A stretch of 21,479 nucleotides of DNA. Origin: Marine Group I thaumarchaeote (GTDB lineage Archaea > Thermoproteota > Nitrososphaeria > Nitrososphaerales > Nitrosopumilaceae). The position numbers were made by a program, and so were the translations under genes. Under the pieces are notes generated by a model. That model saw only the letters and a list, made by a program, of their open reading frames with translations, had not been told where the DNA came from and did not search any database. The stretch lies in the NCBI GenBank assembly GCA_013390375.1, contig JACATA010000018.1, positions 1 to 21,479 on the forward strand, written 5' to 3'. Below are positions 21,378-21,479 of the stretch, piece after piece (the stretch's first letter is position 1; each line of letters starts with the position of its first letter).

Positions 21378-21479
21378 ATGAGCGTGAAAGCCAACTCAAC
21401 TGGGCTTGTTCGTAGCCTTTCCCTTTCACAGGCAATAATGATTGGCGTTGCCTCAATGATTGGTGGGGCTATCTTCGTG
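21378..21479 (+). CDS. Amino acid/polyamine (APC-family-like) permease, N-terminal fragment; runs off the right edge
   Basis: MSVKANSTGLVRSLSLSQAIMIGVASMIGGAIFV matches the typical APC transporter N-terminus (L.R.L....A..IG.G.MIG.GIFV). Only 34 codons lie in the window. Confidence 0.55.
   Translation, partial: MSVKANSTGLVRSLSLSQAIMIGVASMIGGAIFV

Noticed and set aside
1-21479. Search for CRISPR arrays, long direct or terminal inverted repeats, integrase/transposase genes and rRNA
   Set aside because: Reading both strands by eye, I found no regularly spaced repeats, no recombinase-like ORFs and no rRNA-like sequence. The only clear repeats are the intragenic 111-nt duplication and short dyads.

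Overview
AT-rich, very gene-dense archaeal chromosomal segment. The gene content (PEFG-CTERM surface protein, ribosomal proteins L10e and eS30, Nop5-fibrillarin operon, RadA, Trm1, EndA, RNase HII, class-1B PyrD/PyrK) and the base composition suggest a Nitrosopumilus-like ammonia-oxidising thaumarchaeon; this is an inference with no database check. I support about 32 protein-coding genes (two partial at the window edges, one small ORF missing from the ORF track), one tRNA-Glu(CUC), several TATA-like promoter elements and oligo-T terminators. I see no CRISPR array, rRNA, transposase/integrase or obvious mobile element. Most of the window is housekeeping and I cannot demonstrate a complete novel multi-gene system. 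The best leads are: (1) an unlisted 48-codon ORF at 2793-2939 encoding a 21% cysteine, CxC-rich metallothionein-like peptide with its own promoter and terminator; (2) the function-unknown AmmeMemoRadiSam triad (amrS / amrB / amrA) in a split arrangement, with a Met/His-rich PEFG-CTERM secreted protein wedged between the parts and a rhodanese divergently paired with the radical SAM gene; (3) an EndA homologue with no histidine at all, so it lacks the canonical catalytic His; (4) a helicase-less PLD-like domain with a degenerate HKD position next to tRNA-Glu, followed by a possible nucleotidyltransferase-fold protein; (5) a 575-aa orphan radical SAM enzyme; (6) a consistent TATA-to-start spacing of 21-24 nt that implies leaderless transcripts and revises several ORF-track starts. 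All functional calls come from motif recognition by eye and need HMM or structure searches.
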